From assembly GCA_003135635.1 (NCBI GenBank), contig PLCJ01000003.1, positions 53,087-117,086 of the forward strand: a DNA stretch of 64,000 nt, given 5' to 3'. Origin of the DNA: Candidatus Adlerbacteria bacterium. Lineage in GTDB: Bacteria; Patescibacteriota; Minisyncoccia; Phycocordibacterales; SBAW01. Position numbers and translations under genes: made by a program. The notes under the pieces are model-generated. The model saw only the letters and a list, made by a program, of their open reading frames with translations, did no database searches and had not been told where the DNA came from. This document shows, piece by piece, positions 27,965-37,186 of the stretch (its first letter is position 1; each line of letters opens with the position of its first letter).

Positions 27965-29287
27965 ATGCAGCCTACACTTAATTTTAAAATCGAAGGGGGA
28001 AGAAAGCTCCATGGCAGCGTCGTGGTCAATCCTTCGAAGAATGGTGCGGTAGCGCTCTTGTGCGCGGCGCTTATAAACCGCGGAACGACAACACTTACTC
28101 AGGTACCCAAGATCGAGGAAGTGCACCGCCTCATTGAGGTACTGCGCTCCATCGGCGCGGTGGTGGAGTGGCGCGGGAGTGCAGTCGTCATCACGCCGCC
28201 CAAAAAATTTACGCTGGGGGCCATTGACCGCGATGCCGCGGAGCAGACACGAAGTATCATTATGTTTGCCGGCGCTTTAGTGCATGCGCTCACCTCTTTT
28301 TCTCTGCCGCGGGTGGGTGGCTGCAAACTTGGTTTGCGCACCGTGCGTCCGCACCTGTATGCACTTGAAAAATTCGGTATTGATATTACAACCGTAGATG
28401 GCTTTTGGCGTATCTCCCGGAAAAAAAGACTGCGTGCTGCTGAAGTAATAATGTATGAATCCGGTGATACGGCAACTATCAATGCAATTCTTGCTGCCGC
28501 GGGTATTGCCGGCACCAGCCATATAAAATACGCCTCAGCAAACTATCAAGTACAAGAGCTGTGTTTCTTTCTGCGCAAATTCGGGATCTCAGTTGAAGGG
28601 ATCGGCACCACAACACTTATTATTCAGGGGAAGGGCCGCATCAAAAAAAATGTAACCTACCCCATTGGTGAAGATCCGACCGATGCGATGTTTTTTCTTG
28701 CTACTGCGATAGTCACTCGATCTTCAATCATAATTCGCCGCTGTCCAATTGATTTCATCGAACTCGAACTCTTGATGCTTGAAAAAATGGGTTTTAAATA
28801 CACTGCTTCCGCACGCTACAAGGGGCGCGATGGGCATATTAACTTGGTCAATATACGAACGTTCCCGAGTCTTTTGGTGGCCTCTCCTGAGAAAATACAC
28901 CCGCGCCCGTACCCGGGGCTGAACATGGATAATCTTCCCTTTTTTGCGGTTATCGCCACACAAGCCCGCGGCACGACCCTTATTCACGACTGGGTGTATG
29001 AGAAGCGCGCACTATACTTTACTGAGCTTGATAAGTTTGGTGCGACAACGCTCCTTGCCGACCCGCATCGTATCTTTATCTCTGGCAGAACCCCACTCCA
29101 CGCAGTTGACCTTGTGTGTCCCCCGGCACTGCGACCGGCCACCATTCTCCTTATCGCCATGCTTGCAGCGCCAGGCACCTCCACTCTGCGCAACATCTAC
29201 AGTATCAACCGCGGGTACGAGGGGCTCGTTTCGAGGCTGACTTCTTTGGGAGCAAAGATCGAGATGGTTGAGGAGCGTGCTTCTTAG
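27965..29287 (+). CDS. murA: UDP-N-acetylglucosamine 1-carboxyvinyltransferase
   Basis: EPT-fold enzyme. N-terminus aligns with MurA (KIEGGRKLHGSVVVNPSKNGAVAL). Start set at MQPTLNF. Confidence 0.85.
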   Translation: MQPTLNFKIEGGRKLHGSVVVNPSKNGAVALLCAALINRGTTTLTQVPKIEEVHRLIEVLRSIGAVVEWRGSAVVITPPKKFTLGAIDRDAAEQTRSIIMFAGALVHALTSFSLPRVGGCKLGLRTVRPHLYALEKFGIDITTVDGFWRISRKKRLRAAEVIMYESGDTATINAILAAAGIAGTSHIKYASANYQVQELCFFLRKFGISVEGIGTTTLIIQGKGRIKKNVTYPIGEDPTDAMFFLATAIVTRSSIIIRRCPIDFIELELLMLEKMGFKYTASARYKGRDGHINLVNIRTFPSLLVASPEKIHPRPYPGLNMDNLPFFAVIATQARGTTLIHDWVYEKRALYFTELDKFGATTLLADPHRIFISGRTPLHAVDLVCPPALRPATILLIAMLAAPGTSTLRNIYSINRGYEGLVSRLTSLGAKIEMVEERAS

Positions 29288-29465
29288 GGTTTACTTCCCA
29301 CCAAAATTTTTTTGAAAAACTACTTGCCTGCTCACAGACACTTTTGAGGTAATAAATATCGCGCGTTGGTATTCCCTCCAGAATACGCCCCATGCGTGGC
29401 ATGGAGAGCGCTGGCAAGCCGTCGCGAATGCGCGTGGCATTGAGTTTCTCAAGAAAGTAGCGCAT
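29205..29465 (-). CDS. hypothetical protein (doubtful)
   Basis: ORF convergent with murA, overlapping its 3' end. No family assignment. Confidence 0.2.
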   Translation of the reverse strand: MRYFLEKLNATRIRDGLPALSMPRMGRILEGIPTRDIYYLKSVCEQASSFSKKFWWEVNPKKHAPQPSRSLLPKKSASKRAPRTRG

Positions 29466-29630
29466 GAGTTCGCCGCGCTCGGTTGCCTTTTCTTTTGGGC
29501 GCTCTGAAGCCGATATATGGGAGCTGATATGACGCATAAAAATAGTATACCAACGTCTCACACGTGTTACAAAAAATTATAGTCCTGTGCCTTGGCTCAA
29601 GTGTTTTTTTGTATATACTCAATATCTAAT

Positions 29631-30167
29631 ATGATTCTACAACTAGACAATCCACTTTTGCGTAAAAGGGCAAAACCGGTACTCAAAAAAGACATGGGGA
29701 CACCCAGGCTACGTTTGGCACTTCAACGTATGAAAAAAGCTCTCTCTGCAGAAGAAAGTGGAGTGGCCATTGCCGCGCCGCAAATCGGGGTTTCCTGGCG
29801 GATTTTTATTATTGCAGGCAGAGCATTTGAAATGGAAAAAGAATCCTCTCCTGAAAAAACTCCGATAAGTCAGACCCGGGTGTTTATTAATCCTGAGATC
29901 GTGCGCCTTTCACGTGCTACCCATGAAGTATCTGAGGGCTGTCTTTCGGTGCGAGGAATTTATGGAATCGTTAGCCGACACGAGAAGGCAACGGTCAGGG
30001 CTCTCAATGAAGCTGGAGAAATATTCACTTATCACGGCTCTGGACTTATTTCCCAAATTTTTCAGCATGAAATAGATCACCTCGAAGGCGTCCTCTACGT
30101 CGACAAAGCGGAGCGGTTTGAAAAAGAGTCTGCGCAAGAAAATTCCTCTAAGACCCCTCAGTTGTAA
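29631..30167 (+). CDS. def: Peptide deformylase
   Basis: Motifs GIAAPQIG, EGCLSV, QHEIDHLEG. Confidence 0.9.
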   Translation: MILQLDNPLLRKRAKPVLKKDMGTPRLRLALQRMKKALSAEESGVAIAAPQIGVSWRIFIIAGRAFEMEKESSPEKTPISQTRVFINPEIVRLSRATHEVSEGCLSVRGIYGIVSRHEKATVRALNEAGEIFTYHGSGLISQIFQHEIDHLEGVLYVDKAERFEKESAQENSSKTPQL

Positions 30168-30170
30168 TCT

Positions 30171-31058
30171 ATGAGCCTGCCCCATCTTCCTCGCTTTGCG
30201 TTTTTTGGTACACCCCGCTTTGCCGTGCGGGTACTTGGCGCCCTTGAAACTCAAGGCCTTATGCCTGCGGTTGTAATCACTGCGCCGGACAAGCCTCGCG
30301 GCCGTGGGCTTGTCTCTTCAGCTGCTCCCGCTAAAGAGTGGGCGCTTGAGCGCGATATTGACGTTGTCACACCCGAGCAGCTGAAAGATTCCAATTTTAT
30401 TACAGAACTTGCCAACACTGAGTGGGATGTATTCGTAGTTGCTGCGTATGGGAAGCTGATACCAAAAAATATACTAGAAATGCCTCGAGTGGGCGCTCTT
30501 AACGTGCACCCGTCACTTCTGCCAAAATTTCGCGGCCCCTCGCCTGTTATTTCGGCTATTCTTGCAGATGAGCGCGTTACTGGCGTCACCATCATGCTTA
30601 TGGATGAGCGCATGGACCATGGACCAATCATTGCGCAAGGCCGCATAGAACTTGAAGAGAGCGCATGGCCACCGCAAGGAAGCATGTTTGAAGATCTTCT
30701 TGCAACTGAAGGAGGAAATCTCTTGGCGGAAGCATTGAAGCCCTGGCTTGAGAAAGAAATAACACCGGTGCCCCAAAATGAACACGAGGCCACGTATACA
30801 AAGAAATTCTCAGATGCAGATGCGCGTATTGATCTCAAAGGAGAACCGTATGAGCAGCTTCTCAAAATTCGAGCGTTTGATAGCAACCCAAGAGCTCATT
30901 TTTTCACTCAAACCCCAAGCGGCAGGGATTTTCGCGTTTTAGTGACTGAGGCGGATATAGAAAATAATATGCTACGTATTTTACGAGTCATTCCAGAAGG
31001 AAAGCCGGAAATGGATTACGAAACATTTCTACATTCAGCTGCTAGAAACGATTCCTAA
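30171..31058 (+). CDS. fmt: Methionyl-tRNA formyltransferase
   Basis: N-terminal formyltransferase domain (FFGTP...), C-terminal Fmt domain. Operon with def. Confidence 0.9.
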   Translation: MSLPHLPRFAFFGTPRFAVRVLGALETQGLMPAVVITAPDKPRGRGLVSSAAPAKEWALERDIDVVTPEQLKDSNFITELANTEWDVFVVAAYGKLIPKNILEMPRVGALNVHPSLLPKFRGPSPVISAILADERVTGVTIMLMDERMDHGPIIAQGRIELEESAWPPQGSMFEDLLATEGGNLLAEALKPWLEKEITPVPQNEHEATYTKKFSDADARIDLKGEPYEQLLKIRAFDSNPRAHFFTQTPSGRDFRVLVTEADIENNMLRILRVIPEGKPEMDYETFLHSAARNDS

Positions 31059-31404
31059 GCCCCCGAAGAAAATCTTTTACCCGAGCTGCACTATGGCGCA
31101 TAATATGCTGTCGTTTTTCTTTAACACGCACCACTTCGCGCGTGAATTCTTCAACTGCAAGGTCAATTGCTTCGTGAAGCGTGATACCCTCAGCGCGCGC
31201 ATACAATGCTCTTTTACTGAGTATACTCTTAAGGGAGACGTGATATTTTGCAGCCGGTGCAGCAGAATCGTATGATAATTCTACATCAAGTGGGCTAGCT
31301 GTTCCGTTATGTAAAAACTTTTCTATGTGCGTAACTTTTCGATCGAGATACTCACGCATTTCCAAGGAGAGCGATAAACCGGTACCCTTAAGGTTATAGT
31401 CCAT
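31042..31404 (-). CDS. hpf: Ribosome hibernation promoting factor / RaiA family
   Basis: YfiA/HPF fold signature, 120 aa. Confidence 0.85.
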   Translation of the reverse strand: MDYNLKGTGLSLSLEMREYLDRKVTHIEKFLHNGTASPLDVELSYDSAAPAAKYHVSLKSILSKRALYARAEGITLHEAIDLAVEEFTREVVRVKEKRQHIMRHSAARVKDFLRGLRNRF

Positions 31405-31539
31405 AGGCTGTTTTTACCATCCAAGATAACTATTGCGGGTTATAAGAAGTTTCCTTTAGGAGTTCGACATAAGTATACGCTTGGACAGCCTTTTCTGAAA
31501 GAACTTTCTTGAGTATACTTTACAACGTTCAAAAAAGAT

Positions 31540-31611
31540 TCCGGCGTAGCTCAATGGTAGAGCAGCTCCCTGTTAAGGAGTTGGTTGTAGGTTCGAGTCC
31601 TACCGCCGGAG
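31540..31611 (+). tRNA. tRNA-Asn (anticodon GUU)
   Basis: Cloverleaf: acceptor UCCGGCG/CGCCGGA, D-arm GCUC-AAUGGUA-GAGC, anticodon stem GCUCC/GGAGU with loop CUGUUAA, T-arm GUAGG-UUCGAGU-CCUAC, discriminator G. Confidence 0.85.
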
Positions 31612-32913
31612 CAAGATAGGATTTTTTGAGTACAAATCATCCATATCCCTTGTGTTTGCTTTGTTTTCTACAGGTTCTAACTTTGCGTGAATAGCGCGGA
31701 CCTCAATTGCCATCGTTTGTATTGGGAATAACAGATTATCCCAGTCAATGCTCAACTTCCTGCCTTTTAAGATGAGGTCCGAACCTAGCGCGGCGAAAAT
31801 CTCTTTCCGAGTCTCAAGGTCGTTTCTTTTCTTTGCCTCGGCAAAAACAGCCATCCCCTTCTCTGCAAAGTTGAAACCGCGCTCGGCAATCTCAAGCCAG
31901 TTCTCCACACGCTTATCAGTATCCTTGAGGAGTTCTTGAAGTCGTCCCTTTTCAGCAAGGAGTGTTTGTTTTCTGCCCTTGAACTCCCCCTCTGTCAGCT
32001 CACCGTTGGCACGCATATCAATGAGGTTGTCTACCCTGCGCACACATGCCTCATATTCGCGCCTCTGTGCACCGTAGATACGGTCTCGGTCCGATACCTC
32101 TTGCGTGTTCATCTCACGAAGGCGTGCTAAAGCCCAGTTATTGAAATCAGTAGGTATCTCTATTGAGCCCAGCTCCTTTGCTATCTGTTTCTCAAGCTCC
32201 GCTTCCTCAATCGCTGGCTCTTTGCAGTTCGGGTTCCTGCGTTTGGTGCAATGATAGTAAGTGTAGTGGTGCGTGTTGCCGTTTTTCTGGTATTTCACTT
32301 TTTCCTCGGCAGTAACCATAGCGCCACATCCTCCACACTTGATAGGTCCGCGATACATAATCTCGTGCTTCTTTGGGTGCGGGTAGTTCTTTCGTCCAAT
32401 CAAAAACTGTATGCGGTCATACTCCTCGCGGGTAATCATCGGCTTGTGGATGCCCTTCATCGTGCTAAAGAGTTTCATATCCCGATACTTGTTTGTAGTC
32501 CACGCGGGCACGATGCTCCAAAAGTGGAGTTGTCCATTGTCGCCGATTTTACGGAGAATGACTTTGATTTTGCGCCCATCGGTGATAGCGATAATGCCCC
32601 AATACTTCACGGGCTTTGCTTTGAGTATTTTTTTCTTATGACTTTTGACCTCAAACTGTTTGATAGTTTCTTCGTATTCTTGATAGGTATTAGAGTGCCC
32701 TATGAGTTTTATGGCGCGTGGCAGGAGCTTGAAGCGTAGTATTTGTGATGGACGCTCTCGCTCACTCCGTGAACCTTTGAAAATGATGTGATTGAAACCC
32801 TCTGCTGTGAAATGCACATACTCGTTGAGTGCGGGCGACATAATAGGGCGGGTGGCGCTATAGAGTTTTTGAGCGTCCTCACGGAGTTTGTCGTAGTTAG
32901 AAAGGTCTTCCAT
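31600..32913 (-). CDS. Large-serine-recombinase-like protein (recombinase domain, Zn beta-ribbon, coiled coil) without recognisable resolvase catalytic domain
   Basis: ITREEYDRIQFLIGRK then GPIKCGGCGAMV...YTYYHC...C matches the LSR recombinase/zinc-ribbon region. Long C-terminal coiled coil. The N-terminal 150 aa lack the YxRVSxxxQ serine motif. The 3' end overlaps tRNA-Asn by 12 nt. Confidence 0.65.
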   Translation of the reverse strand: MEDLSNYDKLREDAQKLYSATRPIMSPALNEYVHFTAEGFNHIIFKGSRSERERPSQILRFKLLPRAIKLIGHSNTYQEYEETIKQFEVKSHKKKILKAKPVKYWGIIAITDGRKIKVILRKIGDNGQLHFWSIVPAWTTNKYRDMKLFSTMKGIHKPMITREEYDRIQFLIGRKNYPHPKKHEIMYRGPIKCGGCGAMVTAEEKVKYQKNGNTHHYTYYHCTKRRNPNCKEPAIEEAELEKQIAKELGSIEIPTDFNNWALARLREMNTQEVSDRDRIYGAQRREYEACVRRVDNLIDMRANGELTEGEFKGRKQTLLAEKGRLQELLKDTDKRVENWLEIAERGFNFAEKGMAVFAEAKKRNDLETRKEIFAALGSDLILKGRKLSIDWDNLLFPIQTMAIEVRAIHAKLEPVENKANTRDMDDLYSKNPILLRR

Positions 32914-32970
32914 AGCAAATAGTTTACACTACCCTGCCCCGTTATGGTTTGCACTTAAATACATAAACAA

Positions 32971-33399
32971 ATGCGCTATAATGCAGCAATGTATCGGGCA
33001 ACGAACCTTCAGAAAAAACTACTCTTTATTGCTCTCATAGCGTTTGTGATATTGAGCATGCCCGCTTCCGCTTCTCTAGCTATGCCCGTGGGCACAGACG
33101 GTCATATGTCAGGGTGTACCTTTATGAACGGCGGCTCAATCTGTACCATGGCTCCTTTGGAACACATAGCCGCTTGGCAAAGCATGTTCACCGCGGCGCA
33201 TCTCAAAGAAGCATCTCTTTTTCTCAACCTCATTCTAATCACTCTGTTCTCCGTCTTTCTTTTCTTACGACGTTTGGATACAAGTCAGCTTCAAAACAAA
33301 TCATTGTATACTCAACGTTTCAGATACCCTCGCTATTCAATTCGTAATGAATTACAAGAAGCGTTTTCTAGCGGCATTCTCCATCCCAAAGTTTTTTAG
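32971..33399 (+). CDS. hypothetical membrane protein
   Basis: Two hydrophobic segments. TATAAT promoter upstream. Confidence 0.45.
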   Translation: MRYNAAMYRATNLQKKLLFIALIAFVILSMPASASLAMPVGTDGHMSGCTFMNGGSICTMAPLEHIAAWQSMFTAAHLKEASLFLNLILITLFSVFLFLRRLDTSQLQNKSLYTQRFRYPRYSIRNELQEAFSSGILHPKVF

Positions 33400-33462
33400 A
33401 GCCGTATCAGAGCGTGTTGAATACCGCACGCAGTGTTTTTCTATTACCTAACTTTGTAACCT

Positions 33463-34182
33463 ATGGAACAAGAAACTAAAAAACTACAACTATCCCAGCC
33501 AGTCGCAATTATTATCGCAGGGGTCATCATAGCGGGAGCTGTCATCTGGAGCAGTGGTAACAGAAATGCTGCGCCAAATACAACTGGGAGTACCCAACAG
33601 CAGGGCTCTACCGTTGCTGTAGACAGCAGCAAAGTGAATATCCAAGGCGAGCCATTTATCGGCAATCCCAACGCTCCGCTTATCATCGCATACTGGTTTG
33701 ACTACCAGTGTCCGTTCTGTCAGCGCAATGAGGAGACCGCTATGCCGCAACTAATCAAGGACTATGTAGACACAGGCAAAGCAAAGCTCGTGTTCAAGGA
33801 TTACGAGTTCTTGGGCGATGACTCACAGACACTAGGACAATACGCCCGTGCAGTATGGGCAACAGCACCTGACAAGTTCTACCCGTGGCACAAAGCTATC
33901 TTTGACAATCAAGGTCAAGAGAATAGTGGCTGGGCAACACAGGCAAAAATCCTCTCCATCACAACAAGCGTACTTGGCGCTAGCGATACGGCTAAAGTAG
34001 TAGCTCTCGTAAAAACAAATGGGGCTGCTTACCAGAAAGTAATGGATGCAGATAAAGCCGAAGGTTCAGCAAACGGTGTTACAGGTACTCCAGGTATGGT
34101 CATAGGCAAGCATTTGGTTTCTGGTGCAATACCCTACGCTCAAATAAAGGCAACCATAGAAGCGGCTCTCAAAAACCAATAA
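33463..34182 (+). CDS. DsbA-family thiol:disulfide oxidoreductase (membrane-anchored)
   Basis: N-terminal TM. Thioredoxin fold with CPFC active site. Confidence 0.8.
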   Translation: MEQETKKLQLSQPVAIIIAGVIIAGAVIWSSGNRNAAPNTTGSTQQQGSTVAVDSSKVNIQGEPFIGNPNAPLIIAYWFDYQCPFCQRNEETAMPQLIKDYVDTGKAKLVFKDYEFLGDDSQTLGQYARAVWATAPDKFYPWHKAIFDNQGQENSGWATQAKILSITTSVLGASDTAKVVALVKTNGAAYQKVMDADKAEGSANGVTGTPGMVIGKHLVSGAIPYAQIKATIEAALKNQ

Positions 34183-34184
34183 GT

Positions 34185-34853
34185 ATGCAAAAGAAAACAT
34201 ACACTCCGCTGCTTATCCTAGCGGGCGCACTCCTCATAAGCGGCTTTATTGTTACCAAATCCAGCATCGTACCCAAAGCAAATGCACAGCTCACTGCTAC
34301 ATATAACAGTATTCCAACTGTGAGCGGTAAGGTGCTGTTCATGCAACAGAGCCAAAATCTAACACAGAGCGTTGACCCCGCGCTTGTTGATTTGGACTCC
34401 CAGCTCATTACTTGCAGTCCCAATGTAGATAGTTTGCTTACAGCTAAGCCTATGCTTGGAGGAAGCTGTCTGGCAGGAGATAGTACACTCGGCACAACAA
34501 CGGGCATGTTTTTAGGCGGTCAGTGCTGTGGGTCAATGAAAAATCTAACGGACTATAACACTGAACTTCAAAACCTTCAGCAATACAAAGACATTCCTGA
34601 TTTGCCAATGAACCCATACAAAACGCCCGTGGCTCTTGCGAAGAAATGGATTGACTACGACAAGGCAACTAACCTCACACCTTCAGAACAAGCAACTATG
34701 GACCAAGCAATGCATATGTCAAAAGAAGGTCCATGTTGCTGCAAATGTTGGCACTACTTCGTCAATGAAGGTATCGCAAAGAAAATGATAAAGGATTACC
34801 ACTACAGCGCTCAACAAGTTGCGGCATACTGGGATACTTCAAGTATCTGCTAA
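34185..34853 (+). CDS. hypothetical Cys-rich secreted protein
   Basis: Signal anchor. 13 Cys including CCGS and CCCKC clusters. Confidence 0.6.
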   Translation: MQKKTYTPLLILAGALLISGFIVTKSSIVPKANAQLTATYNSIPTVSGKVLFMQQSQNLTQSVDPALVDLDSQLITCSPNVDSLLTAKPMLGGSCLAGDSTLGTTTGMFLGGQCCGSMKNLTDYNTELQNLQQYKDIPDLPMNPYKTPVALAKKWIDYDKATNLTPSEQATMDQAMHMSKEGPCCCKCWHYFVNEGIAKKMIKDYHYSAQQVAAYWDTSSIC

Positions 34854-34856
34854 CCT

Positions 34857-35483
34857 ATGCGTATGTATATCTGCCCAATGCACCCAGAGGTTCGGCAAGA
34901 CAAGCCTGGTCGTTGTCCTAAATGCGGCATGGCTCTTGTAGATGAGAGCACGTACCAAGCTAAACCCGTTATTGCTGACAAGGGACTTGGGCAGATTACA
35001 TGGCGCAGTTACATACCACTGGCTGTCATTGGGATGCTATTACTGCTCTCTACTCTCGCTGTATCGGTACACCAGTATCTTTTGGGAAGTTTCTTACCCG
35101 CAAATGCCATATCCTACTTTATGGCGGGTTTTTTCATTGTGTTTGCGGGTTTCAAACTTATGGACTTGAAAGGGTTTGCGGAAGGGTACTCAACGTACGA
35201 CTTACTGGCAGGACGCTGGTTTCGCTACGGCTATGTTTATCCGTTTATTGAGCTTGGATTTGGTATGGCTATGCTCGCAGGAATAGTGAACCCCTCCCTT
35301 TTGTGGGCAGAGTTGATAGTAATGTTGTTCAGCGGTATAGGTGTTGCAATCAAACTGGCAAAAGGCGAGAAGTTTCAGTGCGCCTGTCTTGGAACTTTTC
35401 TCAAAGTACCCCTTACAAAAATCACACTCATTGAGGATTTCGGTATGGCACTACTCGCACTAGCACTTCTGCTCATAGGTTGA
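34857..35483 (+). CDS. Heavy-metal-binding domain fused to MauE/DoxX-like membrane oxidoreductase domain
   Basis: N-terminal YICPMHPE...PGRCPKCGMAL. 4-TM body with C-terminal CAC motif (FQCACLG), as in the MauE family. Confidence 0.7.
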   Translation: MRMYICPMHPEVRQDKPGRCPKCGMALVDESTYQAKPVIADKGLGQITWRSYIPLAVIGMLLLLSTLAVSVHQYLLGSFLPANAISYFMAGFFIVFAGFKLMDLKGFAEGYSTYDLLAGRWFRYGYVYPFIELGFGMAMLAGIVNPSLLWAELIVMLFSGIGVAIKLAKGEKFQCACLGTFLKVPLTKITLIEDFGMALLALALLLIG

Positions 35484-35737
35484 AAAACGTATCGGTATTT
35501 ATGCAAGCAGTTTTGGTGAGGGATTTGCCCAACAACTTCAAGTGTGTCTTGTTTTATTATCCTGCCGCATTTAGCGCAAACATAGAGATTTTTCCAGCCG
35601 CTGCCCTTGTCTGGAGAAACCTCGTCTCCTTTTTCATCGCAAGGATAAAAGCCGTCGCTTGTGGGAGTGTTATTGCAGAGACAAATCCACGCCTCCTCAT
35701 TTCCAGCTTCGTGAGTAATGTACTCTTTTTGGTCCAT
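35375..35737 (-). CDS. hypothetical small zinc-ribbon protein
   Basis: CLC...C...CAKCG cysteine pairs. Overlaps the 3' end of the convergent gene by about 100 nt, which lowers confidence. Confidence 0.35.
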   Translation of the reverse strand: MDQKEYITHEAGNEEAWICLCNNTPTSDGFYPCDEKGDEVSPDKGSGWKNLYVCAKCGRIIKQDTLEVVGQIPHQNCLHKYRYVFQPMSRSASASSAIPKSSMSVIFVRGTLRKVPRQAH

Positions 35738-35785
35738 AATTGAATTATACGCCCAGAGCAAATGCAGGACAACGAAAGAAAAATG

Positions 35786-35843
35786 CGCTTTTACCCTCTA
35801 TCAAACAGGTTCTAACACAGTCCAGTTCGCGGAGCTAAAAAAG
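35786..35843 (+). repeat. Composite island element, copy D (TTTTACCCTCTATC, core)
   Basis: cttttaccctctatcaaacaGGTTCTAACAcagtCCAgttcGCGGAGCtAAAAaag. Confidence 0.7.
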
Positions 35844-35868
35844 CCCTATTTCACAATCCTTTTTATAC

Positions 35869-35897
35869 TTGACAATAACTGTTATATATGATTAAAT
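35869..35897 (+). promoter_or_regulatory. sigma70-like promoter candidate for the 35940 gene
   Basis: TTGACA, 17-nt spacer, TTAAAT. GTG start with RBS aaggaga 40 nt downstream. Confidence 0.3.
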
Positions 35898-35939
35898 GTT
35901 CTTGAACGTACCTACACAATTCAACGAAAGGAGAACGTC

Positions 35940-36422
35940 GTGGGCTACTACTATGCCAAGGCAAGGCAGAAAAAAGAGCTCACCGCTCTTCAACAAGAAC
36001 GGTATGGAGAACTTCGTGGAAGTTTTAACGAACTCCACCCTGACCTCGCAACCGATTTGCCCTCTGCGCTTCGGGAACGACTCGTATACGACAAAGACTA
36101 CATCGGGCCCATCTTCAATGGCGAGACTTGGTCCGCCCTGGAAGAACTGGTGGAGGATACTTTGGTCAACTGGGTTTTGGCTGAGGAAAATCCCCAACGA
36201 GTTAAGTGGCTCGATCCCAAGGATCTGGTGGTGCCAGAACCTCCTCCAACTGAAGAAGAGCTCGAAGAGGGTAGGAAGCGGTGGGAAGATCTTATTCGCA
36301 GACAGGAAAAGCGACAAAAAGAAGATGCCCGAATCGATTTTGAAATTCGGTTCTGGTGGCTTCCCGAGCTAATCAAGCGCCCTATGCGAAAAATGGTCAC
36401 CGGCTGTGAATCAGCTCCTTAG
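35940..36422 (+). CDS. hypothetical charged soluble protein
   Basis: GTG start after aaggaga. 160 aa, E/K/R-rich C-terminus. Confidence 0.6.
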   Translation: MGYYYAKARQKKELTALQQERYGELRGSFNELHPDLATDLPSALRERLVYDKDYIGPIFNGETWSALEELVEDTLVNWVLAEENPQRVKWLDPKDLVVPEPPPTEEELEEGRKRWEDLIRRQEKRQKEDARIDFEIRFWWLPELIKRPMRKMVTGCESAP

Positions 36423-36437
36423 GTCGAATGCCTATAG

Positions 36438-36536
36438 CCCCGATGAGACTTCGTTCTCAACGGGGTTTCATTGTTTTTATACCCTCACTTCCCTTCCGAG
36501 ACTGGTTCTAACATCCTCCAGGGCGGGGAGCAAAAT
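36438..36536 (+). repeat. Composite island element, copy E (hairpin, T-run, ATACCCTCAC, core)
   Basis: ccccgatgagacttcgttctcaacggggtttcattgtttttataccctcacttcccttccgagactGGTTCTAACATCCTCCAgggcggggagcaaaat. Confidence 0.85.
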
Positions 36537-36552
36537 AGGTCAAGTTCGGAAC

Positions 36553-36561
36553 TGATATGAT
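36553..36561 (+). promoter_or_regulatory. extended -10 promoter (TGaTATGAT), probably producing a leaderless mRNA
   Basis: TGnTATGAT lies 7 nt upstream of the ATG at 36569. There is no SD. Confidence 0.4.
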
Positions 36562-36568
36562 AAGTCAC

Positions 36569-37009
36569 ATGAATCCATCGCTCAAACAACTGGAGCCATT
36601 GGTTGGTAAATGGGTCATGGAATTGTCCAATGCTTCCTTTCTTCCTGATCATTCTACCACTGTACGAGGAACCACTTCCTGCGAATGGATTGAGGGGGGT
36701 GATTTTTTAGCTGTGCGCCAAGGAGCCAAGGGAGCAGGAACTCCCTATTCTGTATGGCTTATTGGTCGTGACAAAGCATCTTCCGAGTATACTGCTCTTT
36801 ATTTTGACGACCGTGGAGTCTCAAGGGTATATAGAATGAGTTTTAAGAGCGGAATCTGGAAACTCTGGCGGGTCACACCTAAATTCTCGCAACGCTTCGA
36901 GGGCAAACTAAGCAAAGACAAAAAGACCATTAAAGCTCAATGGGAGAAAAAGTTTGGAAGCAAAAAGTGGGAACACGATTTCGACCTAACTTATAGCAAG
37001 CGTAAATAG
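36569..37009 (+). CDS. hypothetical protein (beta-rich, possibly lipocalin/DUF1579-like)
   Basis: 146 aa. Start set at MNPSLKQ downstream of the extended -10. Confidence 0.55.
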   Translation: MNPSLKQLEPLVGKWVMELSNASFLPDHSTTVRGTTSCEWIEGGDFLAVRQGAKGAGTPYSVWLIGRDKASSEYTALYFDDRGVSRVYRMSFKSGIWKLWRVTPKFSQRFEGKLSKDKKTIKAQWEKKFGSKKWEHDFDLTYSKRK

Positions 37010-37042
37010 CTTCTAACATTCTCCAAGGTACGGAGCAAAAAG
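37008..37042 (+). repeat. Composite island element, copy F (core only, abuts the stop codon)
   Basis: agCTTCTAACATtCTCCAaggtacGGAGCAAAAag. Confidence 0.8.
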
Positions 37043-37069
37043 CAGTAGATTACGTGTTACACTAAATCC

Positions 37070-37180
37070 GTGAATATAGCAGCAATATTTTCTTGGGGGT
37101 CACCATTAGGCATAGGACTTTGGATGGCAGGTTTAGGTGTATTTTTTTGGGGCCTGAGCAAATTCATTCACAGGAATTAA
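37070..37180 (+). CDS. candidate 36-aa hydrophobic peptide
   Basis: GTG start. VNIAAIFSWGSPLGIGLWMAGLGVFFWGLSKFIHRN. Lies exactly between element copies F and G. Confidence 0.25.
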   Translation: MNIAAIFSWGSPLGIGLWMAGLGVFFWGLSKFIHRN

Positions 37181-37186
37181 TTAGGC

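Noticed and set aside
29205-29561. 118-aa ORF convergent with murA.
   Set aside because: It overlaps the murA 3' end by over 80 nt and has no family support. Kept only at very low confidence with a shortened start.
31600-32913. Calling the 437-aa protein a functional large serine integrase.
   Set aside because: The Zn-ribbon and coiled-coil regions match, but no catalytic resolvase motif is recognisable and there is no room upstream for one. Downgraded to recombinase-like.
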